Virus record (IMG/VR): IMGVR_UViG_2721755711_000002
Strand: one strand, 5' to 3'
From: a virus
Taxonomy: Duplodnaviria; Heunggongvirae; Uroviricota; Caudoviricetes
DNA length: 64,000 nt
Made by a program: the position numbers and the translations under genes. Below the pieces are notes generated by a model. It had not been told where the DNA came from, searched no databases, and saw only the letters and a program-made list of their open reading frames with translations. Below, piece by piece: positions 28,851 through 38,963 of the stretch. Within the stretch, counting starts at the first letter, position 1; each line of letters starts with the position of its first letter.

Positions 28851-29292
28851 TGTTATCTATCCACGCTATAAAGCTGCCCTTAAACAGGCCACCGTCTATG
28901 AATGACGGGCGCCGCTCCCCGGTATATTTGTCCTTAAGCCTGGAGTTAACGCCCAGTAGCGCGGCCTGAGTTGGCACAGGGTTTCCGTTAATCGTCATCC
29001 CGGCCATTTCTTCAGTTTCCAGAAAAATATGGAAAATCTTCCCGGTCCCTTCCAGAAAATGCTCGCCAGGTAGCGGAGCCTTATACTTGAAGTGATTGAC
29101 CAACTGGTACGCCAGTTCAGTACCTGCCTCCTGGATAATCTCGTCCTTATGCATTTCCCAGAAGTGCGTAAAAATTTCGTATCGCTCCTCGAGGTCACAG
29201 GCCACGTCAAACGTGGTTTTTCCCGGTTCGTCGCCGTAGTCATACGGCTGGTCGATAACCCCAAAACAAAGTTTCATGGCGTGTAACCCCAT
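28837..29292 (-). CDS. Hypothetical head-tail connector/completion protein
   Basis: Position only. Confidence 0.3.
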   Translation of the reverse strand: MGLHAMKLCFGVIDQPYDYGDEPGKTTFDVACDLEERYEIFTHFWEMHKDEIIQEAGTELAYQLVNHFKYKAPLPGEHFLEGTGKIFHIFLETEEMAGMTINGNPVPTQAALLGVNSRLKDKYTGERRPSFIDGGLFKGSFIAWIDNNAES

Positions 29293-29714
29293 ACCGTGCC
29301 CATCTGCATCAGCACCGCAACAACCTGTCGTCCATACGGATCCTGTAACATCTGCAAATCCAGCAAAGACAGATTACTCAGCGCGTCGCTGATGGTGATC
29401 GAACCCGATGTCCCCTGGTCTGCTGCCGCGCTGACAAGCCCGGTAGCCAGTTTCCCAAGGTTGAGTTTTTTTCTCAGGTCGGCAAACCACGAGCCGGGAG
29501 CGAAATTCAGGAGAAATGAGGCGGCAGCGTTATAAACCGTTCGCACATAGATGATGGGTAAACGCTCCAGCCCCTGATCGTGAGGGATTAGCTCCATCGC
29601 AGACTGAAAGCAACATTCCAGCGTCGGATCATCGTCAGCAATAGCGTGAACCGGTACTTTCATGTCGTCACGAACAAAGCGAATAAACCCCTCCAGTGAC
29701 GGACGCAGGGTCAT
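29274..29714 (-). CDS. Hypothetical head-tail connector/completion protein
   Basis: Position only. Confidence 0.3.
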   Translation of the reverse strand: MTLRPSLEGFIRFVRDDMKVPVHAIADDDPTLECCFQSAMELIPHDQGLERLPIIYVRTVYNAAASFLLNFAPGSWFADLRKKLNLGKLATGLVSAAADQGTSGSITISDALSNLSLLDLQMLQDPYGRQVVAVLMQMGTVWGYTP

Positions 29715-30184
29715 TATTTTTTAACCTTAATATTTCGCTTTGTGCTGGGCGGATTTTCCTGTTCGGTGTTAACCGCTTCCCCGGTGATTTCCATTTCAAT
29801 ACCACCTGGTTGAGGTTTTTCGCCACTCTGAATCACTGCCTGATCCACTGCGTTATTCAGCGATACGGCGCTGGCTGCGAGAATTTCTTCTGACAGGGAT
29901 TCCAGATTTTCCGTTTTCTGCTCCGCGCAATCCTCAATGCGACCAACGCTCACAGGTTTATCGATGGAATAGCAGATACCAGAAAAATTCTTGTCCACCT
30001 TGTCACAACGCTGGAATCCGTAAGGCTCATGCTGTCGGATGATGTGGTCGATAATATCGGACTGATTTTCGATCATATGCTGACGTCCGGACGGAATTGT
30101 CACACCGAACGACTGCGTTTTTTCGGGGAGTTTGTAGTTGAACGTGTGCGGCTGACGTGAGCAGTTAGCGATGTAGAGCTTCAT
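29714..30184 (-). CDS. Hypothetical head protein
   Basis: Position only. Confidence 0.3.
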   Translation of the reverse strand: MKLYIANCSRQPHTFNYKLPEKTQSFGVTIPSGRQHMIENQSDIIDHIIRQHEPYGFQRCDKVDKNFSGICYSIDKPVSVGRIEDCAEQKTENLESLSEEILAASAVSLNNAVDQAVIQSGEKPQPGGIEMEITGEAVNTEQENPPSTKRNIKVKK

Positions 30185-30241
30185 AAATTTTTCCCACAAA
30201 AAAGGGGAGCATTTAGCTCCCCGCGTTATCAGGTTGAACGT

Positions 30242-31270
30242 TTATGCGTATTTGGCAGACAACAGGGTGATCCCCTCAGGGCGGAAGTTCCAGCCCGGCG
30301 TCGCGCGCATGGTATACAACGTGGTCAGGCCACCATCCGGCATAGGGGATGGTATTTCCGTCGGCGCTGCCATATCACAGAACATCACGTTGACGGCCTG
30401 CTGGTTAGGAACCAGCGTGGAGAAAATATTGGTGTTAATGGTATGACGCGCTTCCGGAACCTCAATCGTCGGGTTCGTAACGATGATCAGGTCATTACCA
30501 CCAGCGCCTTTACCGATCAGCGTGTCGTCCTGGCAGAAAATGATGTCGTCGCCTGTCGCCTTATCGGCGACATCTTTAACCATCGTTCCCACCGTTCCGG
30601 TACCACCACCAGGACGCTGATAACTGGTCAGCTCAACAATTCCTGTCCACTCCAGCGCCTTCATGAATCGCTGTGGACTCAGAATAACAGTCGTTAATGG
30701 CTGCCCCAGCAGCAACATGCGGGTTTTCTGGTCAGCAATCAGGCCAAGCATAAATTTAGCCATCTCGCCGGAATCCCAGGTGGTGTACGAATCGTTACCT
30801 TTGCTGTCGTTGCCCAGATTCAGCGTCACTGCATTCGGGGAGTTGGTGATCCCTTCGTTATTCTTCGCTTCAACACCGTACAGCAGCATATTACGCAACA
30901 TTTGAGCGTGTCCCTGGCGGTTAGCCAGGCGCAGGCCTTCAATCAGAGAATAGCCCCAGCGATCTGCTGCATCAGTATCGAGATAGCTGTATTGCGAGCG
31001 GGAAGAAATTCGGTAAGTCATCATCCCGTCATAGCCACCAGAGATACTGGAAGACGGTAACTGGCCCGGCAGAGACTGGCTGACCTGCGCCTGCGAGGTC
31101 ATGCGCAGATATTTCTGATAGACCATCAAATCACTGGAACTGATTTTTACTGCCGGAGCACCACCAGCCAGGACTTCAAACGCCCCGGAAGCCATGCTCT
31201 GTTGCACGATCATTTCCGGCAGCACCATTGACGGCGACACAATAGTAGTCGCAGGAGTAAATGCGCTCAT
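30242..31270 (-). CDS. Putative major capsid protein
   Basis: 342 aa, downstream of scaffold-like gene; RBS present. Confidence 0.5.
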   Translation of the reverse strand: MSAFTPATTIVSPSMVLPEMIVQQSMASGAFEVLAGGAPAVKISSSDLMVYQKYLRMTSQAQVSQSLPGQLPSSSISGGYDGMMTYRISSRSQYSYLDTDAADRWGYSLIEGLRLANRQGHAQMLRNMLLYGVEAKNNEGITNSPNAVTLNLGNDSKGNDSYTTWDSGEMAKFMLGLIADQKTRMLLLGQPLTTVILSPQRFMKALEWTGIVELTSYQRPGGGTGTVGTMVKDVADKATGDDIIFCQDDTLIGKGAGGNDLIIVTNPTIEVPEARHTINTNIFSTLVPNQQAVNVMFCDMAAPTEIPSPMPDGGLTTLYTMRATPGWNFRPEGITLLSAKYA

Positions 31271-31284
31271 TAATTAATATCCCC

Positions 31285-31902
31285 TTAAATTAAAAACAGG
31301 CCGCACGGTTTGCCGATTTCCCAGACAACGTTACCGCCATCCTCTTTTTTCACCGTCAGGTTTCCGTCAACTGAAACCATCAGCAGCTTAATATCCACTT
31401 TCGGATTAGTGCCGGGTGATCCCGAATAAACATCAATCATGTTTTTCGTCAGATCCCACACAAAACCACAGGCAGCAACGGTGTTATTTCCATCAGCCAG
31501 CGCAACAACTTCTGCACTGACAGGGAGAGGAATGCGGGCACCTGAACCGACGCGGTAATAGTGAACAAAGCCACCCGCGAGATATAACGGCACCGGATTA
31601 TCCGGCGTGGTAATGCCATGAAATGCCTGATTAAAGACAGTAAAGGCGTTACAGGCGTCCTTCGTGGCCTGCTTGATAACCGCCCCGTTAACGCTGTCTT
31701 TCGCGGGAGCGATGCACTCGATAACACCGACACCACCCCATACCGGTTCACTGATTTTGCTGTCCAGTCGTCCGGAGCAAAGTTGCAGACGAATTGCCGG
31801 ATCATCCTGCGCATCCCCCTGCATCAGCCCACGGGATTCGACGTTAAAAAGGCCACCAAATGCTCCACGGTTTTTAAACGGATGAAAGTTAATATCAGCC
31901 AT
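31285..31902 (-). CDS. Hypothetical head protein (decoration/structural)
   Basis: Position only. Confidence 0.3.
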   Translation of the reverse strand: MADINFHPFKNRGAFGGLFNVESRGLMQGDAQDDPAIRLQLCSGRLDSKISEPVWGGVGVIECIAPAKDSVNGAVIKQATKDACNAFTVFNQAFHGITTPDNPVPLYLAGGFVHYYRVGSGARIPLPVSAEVVALADGNNTVAACGFVWDLTKNMIDVYSGSPGTNPKVDIKLLMVSVDGNLTVKKEDGGNVVWEIGKPCGLFLI

Positions 31903-33217
31903 TGTTCAGGCTCCCTTGAGTGTTAATTTTTGCCAGACGACGCCCCGGAATTTTGAAGGCACTCAGCCAGACGTTCGGATCGCCCTGATATTCAGTAATG
32001 CGACGCCCGGCTTCATCGTTGCGGATACGTTTATGCAGTTGCCCCTGCGTACTCATCATTTCTTTTTCGATGGACTGACGGGCGGCACTGAAAATTGCGT
32101 CCTCAAGCACAGCCAGCGTTGCAGAATCCGCAATCGCGCGAATATTGACGTCCTTATGTGCCGGAGAGTGTTTCTGCATAGCGATTAGCGCACGCTTGCG
32201 GTAGTCCAGCGCATTTTCACCAGAAAACGGTGCTGGCGCGTTTTTACCGCAGGCACTGAATGCGGAGTCGGCTTTTGCCTGCGCTTCTGCCAGGGCAGAG
32301 TCATTGCGTTCTTTTTCTGCCTCCTCGTCAGCCTTACGCTGTTCTTCCGCTTCGGAATCAGCCTTTGCTTTCTCCTCAGCGTCTTTAGCTGCCGCCTCGT
32401 CAGCTTTGGCTTTTTCTTCCGCCTCCTTTGCCGCAGCTTCATCAGCTTTACGCTGTTCCTCTGCGGCTTCATCGGCTTTGGCCTTTTCTTCGGCCTCTTT
32501 TTTCGCCTGTTCTTCGGCATCCGCCCGCGCTTTGTCCCGCTGTTCCAGTGAGTCCATGCGCGTAACGACACCATCGATTTTCTGATTAATGCCTTGCAGG
32601 GCATCGCTCACAACCCCCTGTAACAGGGCCTGGAGTTCTTCTTTTTCCATCTCGATTTCACCTGTGTTTGTCACTTCAACCCCTGCGGGGATCCGGTCTT
32701 TATCCCACACGCCCAGCGAGCCGTGGGCTTTCGTCACCAGGGCGATGTGATCAACCAGGAAAGGAACGCCTTCGATTAAAAAATTGGTGTCACCTTCCTG
32801 TACTTCCACATTTCCTGATGTGCTGTTGAACACCACCGACGGGCTTGTCGAAACATCCCCCTCAGTGATTTCTTCAACAATGCTCTGGAGGTAAACGCGG
32901 CACACCGCCCATACCTCATCACCCCGGATATACGGCAGCATGACGCTACCGACGATCCGCGATTTAAAGTCCTCCTCCGTCAGAACTGCGTCGTCAGGAT
33001 GGTTTGCGATAACCGGAAGGCCATTGCATCGCCTTAAAAACTCCTCGTTCAGATAGAGCTTTGGATCACGCCAGACGTGCTCTTTCAGCCCGGCGCGATA
33101 GGCAAGCCCGGTTCCGGTTATTCGCAAATTCACCAGCCACATGTTGGAGAATTTCACCGGAGACGGTACGGTTCCGTCCCTGATGCGTTCTGCCACTTCA
33201 AGCTCGGTTAAACTCAC
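31895..33217 (-). CDS. Putative scaffold / prohead protease-scaffold protein with Ala-Glu-Lys repeat region
   Basis: 440 aa with repeated EEKAKADEAAAK units; between MuF-like gene and capsid gene. Confidence 0.45.
   Translation of the reverse strand: MSLTELEVAERIRDGTVPSPVKFSNMWLVNLRITGTGLAYRAGLKEHVWRDPKLYLNEEFLRRCNGLPVIANHPDDAVLTEEDFKSRIVGSVMLPYIRGDEVWAVCRVYLQSIVEEITEGDVSTSPSVVFNSTSGNVEVQEGDTNFLIEGVPFLVDHIALVTKAHGSLGVWDKDRIPAGVEVTNTGEIEMEKEELQALLQGVVSDALQGINQKIDGVVTRMDSLEQRDKARADAEEQAKKEAEEKAKADEAAEEQRKADEAAAKEAEEKAKADEAAAKDAEEKAKADSEAEEQRKADEEAEKERNDSALAEAQAKADSAFSACGKNAPAPFSGENALDYRKRALIAMQKHSPAHKDVNIRAIADSATLAVLEDAIFSAARQSIEKEMMSTQGQLHKRIRNDEAGRRITEYQGDPNVWLSAFKIPGRRLAKINTQGSLNNG
32290..32570. 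repeat. Imperfect tandem repeats inside scaffold gene
   Basis: Reiterated gcttc-tc-gctttggc-ttttcttc units; spurious mirror ORFs 32185..32604 and 32304..32585 arise here. Confidence 0.6.
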
Positions 33218-34031
33218 GTTTGCCCTTCTCCGTTAAAAATTCGTCGGGTAGTTTCTGAGGGGCGTAGATCGGCAGTGCATCGCAACTGCAATAAACCTCC
33301 TCCCCAGCAGCAGTGATTTCGTCATAAAAACCATATACGGGCTTAATCAGCCCCTGCTCCAGCGCCCACGAATTGCGGAGGAGATAAATTTTCTCGTCGC
33401 GCTCTTTGTGGTCCTGTCGGTATTTGTAGCCCGGACGCCGCCAGTTAGAATGCCAGCGCAGAGCAATCGCTCCACTCTGAACAGCCAGCAGATACTTAAC
33501 GTTGCTTGCCAGCTTATGCCCCTGGTCAATTGCCACCCGGCGACTGATAAAATCCATATCCTTCACGGACTTCTGAAAACCGGACTTCACTTCCCGGCGA
33601 TCAATTTCGCTCACCCCGTCAGGCGGAATGGACGTAACCCACCCCTGAAAACGCTGTATGGTTTTCTCGATGGCCTGTTCGCGGTTGAGTTTTATCAGGT
33701 TGGCACTGGCGAAAATTCGCCTGTCGAGTTCCTTGCGAAACTCAGGTTTCAGTTTTTCAACAGTGACTTTTTTAGGGCCGTCAGGAGGCTGCTCCCGTAA
33801 TGCCCCGCCGTCGATGACAAGACGGCTGTAGATGGCGGTGAGATGTTTTCTGGCTACGGTATCATCAGGGGTTTCTCGCTGAGCGGCTACACGGAGTTTC
33901 CGGCACCATTCGAGCAATGATTTTTCGCTATCCCACCCGTGATTTACGTAGTAGTTAACGGCATCCGTCAGAACCTCATATAGCGTCCTGATCCGTTTCT
34001 TCTTCCTCACCGCCCGGCTGGAAATTGCCAT
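33198..34031 (-). CDS. Head morphogenesis protein (Mu F / SPP1 gp7 family)
   Basis: Position after portal; start taken at M47 of ORF. Confidence 0.55.
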   Translation of the reverse strand: MAISSRAVRKKKRIRTLYEVLTDAVNYYVNHGWDSEKSLLEWCRKLRVAAQRETPDDTVARKHLTAIYSRLVIDGGALREQPPDGPKKVTVEKLKPEFRKELDRRIFASANLIKLNREQAIEKTIQRFQGWVTSIPPDGVSEIDRREVKSGFQKSVKDMDFISRRVAIDQGHKLASNVKYLLAVQSGAIALRWHSNWRRPGYKYRQDHKERDEKIYLLRNSWALEQGLIKPVYGFYDEITAAGEEVYCSCDALPIYAPQKLPDEFLTEKGKREFNRA

Positions 34032-35415
34032 CAGGCGTCTCCTGCTTCGGTGGTTCATAATTCGCCAGCGCGTCCACATCAATGATGAGTGGAGCTTCGC
34101 CATAGGTTTGCGTGGCATTAACAAGGCTTGCCAGCCATTCAGTGACGGCGGCACGGTTTTCAGGATCAACCTGTGGCGACACGGCAGAGAAAAGTGCTAT
34201 CGCCTGTTGAATCACTTTACTGTCGCTTTCCCGGCGTTTGTCCGGCGACTCCTCCACCAGCTCCTGCCATGTCGCGGTAAATTCACGTCGCCACTGGTAA
34301 AACGTGGTTTTATAGTCATCAGTTATGATGTCCGGGTAATCATTTTTCAGCGACTGATAAAATTCCTCGTTCCAGGCGATGTACTGCACCAGGCGTTCGA
34401 AATAATCCATCACAGGTTCAATCTGCTGGCGTACACCATCGATATACTGGCTGATAGCTTTCGAATCCTCAGTTCCTTCACCGAAACCATTCGAGAAAGC
34501 CTCCTCCTTGATGAGAATCGCGGGAACATCGCTACCTGATGCAATATCGGAAATAATGTTGTCGCGGGCGGCATTTAGCGCGCCATCGATGTTTTGTAAA
34601 TTCAGCGAGGTAACGTCCTCATCCTTCCCGATACTAAGCACACCTTTATTTTTTGCCTCTTTGACATTTTCCCTTTTTCGTCCCGTGGCGGCAGCCATGA
34701 TCCCGTCAAGTTTCGAACCGTTTTGCACAACTTTAGCTACCAGTACGCCCGCTTTCTGACTGACGAGATCATTCGCCTCCATCGTGTTGATATAGGATTT
34801 CAGGGAATAAAGAACGCGCTGAAACACGCTTCGCCCGGTGAATCCGAACGATGAACTCTGAAACTCCAGATAAATCGGTGTGCCGTTGAAAATTTTCAAC
34901 GTGCGTGACGGATGCCAGTCTTTTCCGCCAATCTTCAGCTTTTTATTGGCTTCCTGGAAAAACGGACTGTTTGGGTTCTGGTCAGTCACCATCGAACCGG
35001 AAGCGTTCAACGGATCCCACGCGTTGATATACACATCCTCTTCTGTCAGTCCGAACGTCGGAAGCGGTTCACGACATGAAACACTGTCGGTGCCCACGCC
35101 GATCGCTGCGGCACCGTAGCAACGAGACAGAAAAAACAGATTTTTAATCTTCTCGTTGACTTTCATACGTTCCCATACCTCCTGAAAACGCCGCACAACC
35201 CTCTCGTCAGGATCTGTCTCCACGTTATACTGTCGCGGCTTACACATCGCCATCAGTATGGGTTTTTCGACAAGTTTTCCGCCCAGAGGATGGAATTGCC
35301 ACAGCAGCTTACACAGTTCATAGCCGATATCGGTTCCCGGCTGAATTTCTTCAGCCTCAAGAATACGCATCAGTGCCGAACCGAGGCCGCCAGTAATCTC
35401 GATCTCTGCCATCAA
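33976..35415 (-). CDS. Portal protein
   Basis: 479 aa directly downstream of terminase large subunit; acidic C-terminus. Confidence 0.65.
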   Translation of the reverse strand: MMAEIEITGGLGSALMRILEAEEIQPGTDIGYELCKLLWQFHPLGGKLVEKPILMAMCKPRQYNVETDPDERVVRRFQEVWERMKVNEKIKNLFFLSRCYGAAAIGVGTDSVSCREPLPTFGLTEEDVYINAWDPLNASGSMVTDQNPNSPFFQEANKKLKIGGKDWHPSRTLKIFNGTPIYLEFQSSSFGFTGRSVFQRVLYSLKSYINTMEANDLVSQKAGVLVAKVVQNGSKLDGIMAAATGRKRENVKEAKNKGVLSIGKDEDVTSLNLQNIDGALNAARDNIISDIASGSDVPAILIKEEAFSNGFGEGTEDSKAISQYIDGVRQQIEPVMDYFERLVQYIAWNEEFYQSLKNDYPDIITDDYKTTFYQWRREFTATWQELVEESPDKRRESDSKVIQQAIALFSAVSPQVDPENRAAVTEWLASLVNATQTYGEAPLIIDVDALANYEPPKQETPDGNFQPGGEEEETDQDAI

Positions 35416-35430
35416 AAATATCCTGATTTT

Positions 35431-36759
35431 TTACAACGCCGCGTAATTACCGTGCGCAATGATCAATCCATAGGTGTAACAATCGAAAAGGTCATCAGCA
35501 CGTTTATGCGCGTCTTTGTCTGCCAGGTGGAACCCGGCGATTTGTTTGATGAGGTGGTTTGCGGTTGTGCGCTTGAATGAAACGGTTTTGTCGTAAGCCT
35601 CGCGGGTAATTTTGCATTTACCCTGGTAATGGTGGCTGGAAGCCAGCACCGCGCGCTCGTCTTTCCCTTTGCTGGTTAACGCTGATTTAATCGGCGTCAT
35701 ATCCCAGCCTTCGGTTTCCGCTTTCTGGTTGAGGATTGCGCCCATTGCGGCATCCTCCATGAATACCCCCTGACTCCCCAGGCGCGGGCGGCAGAGTTGC
35801 GCCAGCCGCTCGAGGTTGTCATAAACACCGGGGATATACTCAGGAAGCAGCGACGCTTTAATTTGCGTCACATCCCAGTCGATAACGGTCAGTTTCGGCT
35901 CATCGGAATACGTGGACTCATACGCGAAGTAAACCACGCCTGTCCCGTCGTTCTCCGTCCCGCCTTTCAGCGCCGTATCCATTACCGCAAAAATCATGTC
36001 GCAGTGTCGCGGCATCTCAACCGGCTGGCCATCCACCAGCAGCTTATCGACATCGAGTAACGCGTCTTTGGACCAGTCTACGAACTCTGCAAGATATTCC
36101 TGCTGCCAGACGCGCGGATCGGATTTCTTCTCCGTTTCCTCCAGTTCTTCTTTCGGAATATACGGATTCGATGAAGTTGGCGCATGGTGCATAACAAATC
36201 CCAGGGATTCATCGTGGCATATCGCGTAGAAAAAATTGCTCTCGTCGATACCGTTTGGTGTGGAAAATACCCACGCACAGCCGCGGTAATCGACAAGCGT
36301 CGGGCGTATCGCTCGGGGCCAGATTTCCTCGAGCATTTCCGGCGATTTAGTGAATGCGGCCTCATCAATCAGCACAGCGTGATATTTACGCCCACGCCCG
36401 GCCAGTTTGTTATTGTCCGTTACCCAAAAGTCGATGCGCCCCCCATTACGGAGAATGATGCGCTTTTCATTTTTTGACTGACTGAGGATCAGCGGTTGCA
36501 GAACGGCGCTAATTTCATCCCAGATTTCCTGGTACTGGCGGTATTGCGCGGTAAAAATCCCCACCCTACCCGCGATAAGTTGCCCAGTGGTAGGAACGGC
36601 AAATTTCCGCGTAGCGAAACTGGTAGCGATGTTCACCAGCATCACCGTTTTACCCCAGCGACGACCACAGCATACCGCGTGGAAGCGTTCCTCTATTGCC
36701 GCCGTCCATGCAGCTATTTGCCCCTCATGAGGTTTTGGGAGGTAGATTTCAATCGACAT
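35431..36759 (-). CDS. Terminase large subunit
   Basis: Walker A-like CGRRWGKT near N-terminus; 442 aa. Confidence 0.85.
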   Translation of the reverse strand: MSIEIYLPKPHEGQIAAWTAAIEERFHAVCCGRRWGKTVMLVNIATSFATRKFAVPTTGQLIAGRVGIFTAQYRQYQEIWDEISAVLQPLILSQSKNEKRIILRNGGRIDFWVTDNNKLAGRGRKYHAVLIDEAAFTKSPEMLEEIWPRAIRPTLVDYRGCAWVFSTPNGIDESNFFYAICHDESLGFVMHHAPTSSNPYIPKEELEETEKKSDPRVWQQEYLAEFVDWSKDALLDVDKLLVDGQPVEMPRHCDMIFAVMDTALKGGTENDGTGVVYFAYESTYSDEPKLTVIDWDVTQIKASLLPEYIPGVYDNLERLAQLCRPRLGSQGVFMEDAAMGAILNQKAETEGWDMTPIKSALTSKGKDERAVLASSHHYQGKCKITREAYDKTVSFKRTTANHLIKQIAGFHLADKDAHKRADDLFDCYTYGLIIAHGNYAAL

Positions 36760-37840
36760 TATCCACTCCCGGCATCGGCAGAGAGTTGTGGATAATTATT
36801 TCGTTATTCTCACCACCCACGCCTTTTTTGAGGTTTTCAATCTCAGTGCGCAGCTTTTCGTTGCGAAGCCTCAGTCCTTCAAGCTCCAGATCATTGCGAC
36901 TGTCAGTTGCACCACCAGCAGAACTTCCTTTCGTCGCCATTATCAGCTTGATAAGTTCGCGCCGGGCGGCAGCCTTATCCTCCAGCAGGATCTCAACACC
37001 AAATTTCCCGAGCTTTGCCCCTGCATATAATTGTCGCGCATCCCCATCAAGCAGAGTGGTATCAGCCATATAAAGCTGTCCCGTTCCCTCACCGCAGCAC
37101 TTCGGACAATCCGGATTGGGTATGGCGTTATCAACAAAGCCGAGGCCTCCATATTCCGGCTCGGGTTTGCCATCTCTGGAGGCCTGTGCCGCTGCCTTAT
37201 CGAATTCTGCAATATCACGCCACTGGTAGAGATGATTCTCGCCCCAGCAATAACGGCAGTTAACACGGCGAAATTGTGCCAACTGATTGGGGTCGGCCTG
37301 GACAATAGCCATCAACTGACTCACCAGTAAATCCAGGTCTGCGGTATAGCGTTTCTGATACTGATTGCGGAAGTAGCTGATAGCACGATAAACCCTGGCA
37401 TTTCTAAGCATACGGCTGGCGTTGCTGTTAGCTGTCGCACCTTGCCCCTCATAACCAGCCAGTCGGTATGCCTCTGTCGGCTTTTTCCCCTGAGCAACAA
37501 GCATCGCAAACTTAGCCTGCTGGTCAGAAATGCCGAATTCATCGGGGCAGAACGAAAATTCCTCCGCGTCGCCCTCATTCAGGCACGCATCGGATACTGG
37601 CTTTTTTTTCTGAGATTTTCCGTTCCGCTTTTGCGCAGTCTGCGCAGATTTTTTCTGCGCACTTTGTTGCGCAGTTTTGCGCATTTCTGTCTGCGCATTT
37701 TTCGGAGGTTTTTTGATGTAACGACGGGCTGTTGCGTAATTCAGTCCCCTTGCCTCACACCATGCCACCGGAGATACACCGGAGCGGGTGTATTCAGCAA
37801 TATATTCCTGCTGCAACGCCCCCCAGTCCGGTCTGCTCAT
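36749..37840 (-). CDS. Putative terminase small subunit
   Basis: N-terminal HTH-like region, Cys-rich segment; overlaps terL start. Confidence 0.5.
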   Translation of the reverse strand: MSRPDWGALQQEYIAEYTRSGVSPVAWCEARGLNYATARRYIKKPPKNAQTEMRKTAQQSAQKKSAQTAQKRNGKSQKKKPVSDACLNEGDAEEFSFCPDEFGISDQQAKFAMLVAQGKKPTEAYRLAGYEGQGATANSNASRMLRNARVYRAISYFRNQYQKRYTADLDLLVSQLMAIVQADPNQLAQFRRVNCRYCWGENHLYQWRDIAEFDKAAAQASRDGKPEPEYGGLGFVDNAIPNPDCPKCCGEGTGQLYMADTTLLDGDARQLYAGAKLGKFGVEILLEDKAAARRELIKLIMATKGSSAGGATDSRNDLELEGLRLRNEKLRTEIENLKKGVGGENNEIIIHNSLPMPGVDNVD

Positions 37841-37843
37841 TAG

Positions 37844-38095
37844 TTAGTCCTGATTTTTATCCACCCTGAGTAGTTCACGCAGGGCAAAGGCATCCCCTTT
37901 TCTGGCAAGCTTAAACAATGCCGCCCGTAGTTCGGCTTCACCTTTCGCTCTGCCCTTACGGATGGATGCGTAAAAATCTGTCATTGCTTCCCGATTTTCT
38001 TTCAGTCGGTTCAGATCAACATCCAGAACGTCAGCGATTTGTTGTGCAGTCATCCGGCACGCTGCCAGAGACTCGACTTTCGAATACGGAATCAT
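37844..38095 (-). CDS. Small DNA-binding-like protein
   Basis: 83 aa, HTH-like MTAQQIADVLDVD. Confidence 0.3.
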   Translation of the reverse strand: MIPYSKVESLAACRMTAQQIADVLDVDLNRLKENREAMTDFYASIRKGRAKGEAELRAALFKLARKGDAFALRELLRVDKNQD

Positions 38096-38963
38096 TTGTC
38101 ACCCCCATTGATATGCAGGGTGTCTTCTTCCTGTATTTTTCGTGAAGGATTTTTACTGCAGCGTTGTTCCAGGTGACCTGATGGTGAATGCGTTTATGGC
38201 TGGCCCCCATCAGTGAGATTTTTACGCACGAGGGCGCATACATGACGGAGTAAAAACTTTTAACGTAGGTTCCGGAATCCAGATACAGCTCGGTCATTCC
38301 GCCGCTGTTTTTCTGCGTCTGTTTCTGCCCTAACTGGACAGCACCGATCGTCATAAACAATTCACCACAGCGACCGAGATTCGTGTACGTATTCACATCC
38401 TCGTTAATGCGCCCCATGAATGAGAACGGTCGATCAACCGAACAGATAAAGCTGTTCATTGCCTTGCGTTTCACCCACGAAGCATGGCCGCCATTGTCAC
38501 CAAGAAAATCCCCGCCCTGCGACATAGCGATGGAAAGCGCGGGTATTGATTCGTAATACGCCAGCATTTCAGAAAGGATCGCATCCAGTTTCCTTATCGG
38601 GAAATAGGCCTGGTCATAGTTGCGATCCACCCGAAACTGGAACTCGTGATAATCATCATCGAGCTGAATGAAGTATTTACACCCGACCATTTTTGCCAGG
38701 TCGAAACAGGCATTACGGGCGTAAAAAATTGAGCGGCGGTCACCGAAATTATCGGCTTCGTCAAAACGACTGGCGATATCGGCTTTGGAAAACACCAGCA
38801 CCTGTTCACCAAATTCAGCTATGTACTGATGCCGTGTCTTATCTTCATCATCAACAACGATAAAAATTTTCCCGGTATAGCCAGCACGACGCAACGTCCG
38901 GTAAGTCAGAACTTTGTCCGGTCGCCCGTGAGTCAGAATAAAGGCGCAAAAATCATCACGCAT
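38031..38963 (-). CDS. Uncharacterised protein with DxD-like acidic motifs (FIVVDDEDK, QLDDDY); possible nucleotide-sugar transferase-like fold
   Basis: Motifs read from translation; coupled to ParB-like gene. Confidence 0.4.
   Translation of the reverse strand: MRDDFCAFILTHGRPDKVLTYRTLRRAGYTGKIFIVVDDEDKTRHQYIAEFGEQVLVFSKADIASRFDEADNFGDRRSIFYARNACFDLAKMVGCKYFIQLDDDYHEFQFRVDRNYDQAYFPIRKLDAILSEMLAYYESIPALSIAMSQGGDFLGDNGGHASWVKRKAMNSFICSVDRPFSFMGRINEDVNTYTNLGRCGELFMTIGAVQLGQKQTQKNSGGMTELYLDSGTYVKSFYSVMYAPSCVKISLMGASHKRIHHQVTWNNAAVKILHEKYRKKTPCISMGVTNDSVFESRVSGSVPDDCTTNR

Noticed and set aside
32185-32604. ORFs 32185..32604 (-) and 32304..32585 (+) overlapping the scaffold gene
   Set aside because: Low-complexity Arg/Lys- or Ser/Ala-rich translations caused by tandem repeats in the real gene 31895..33217.
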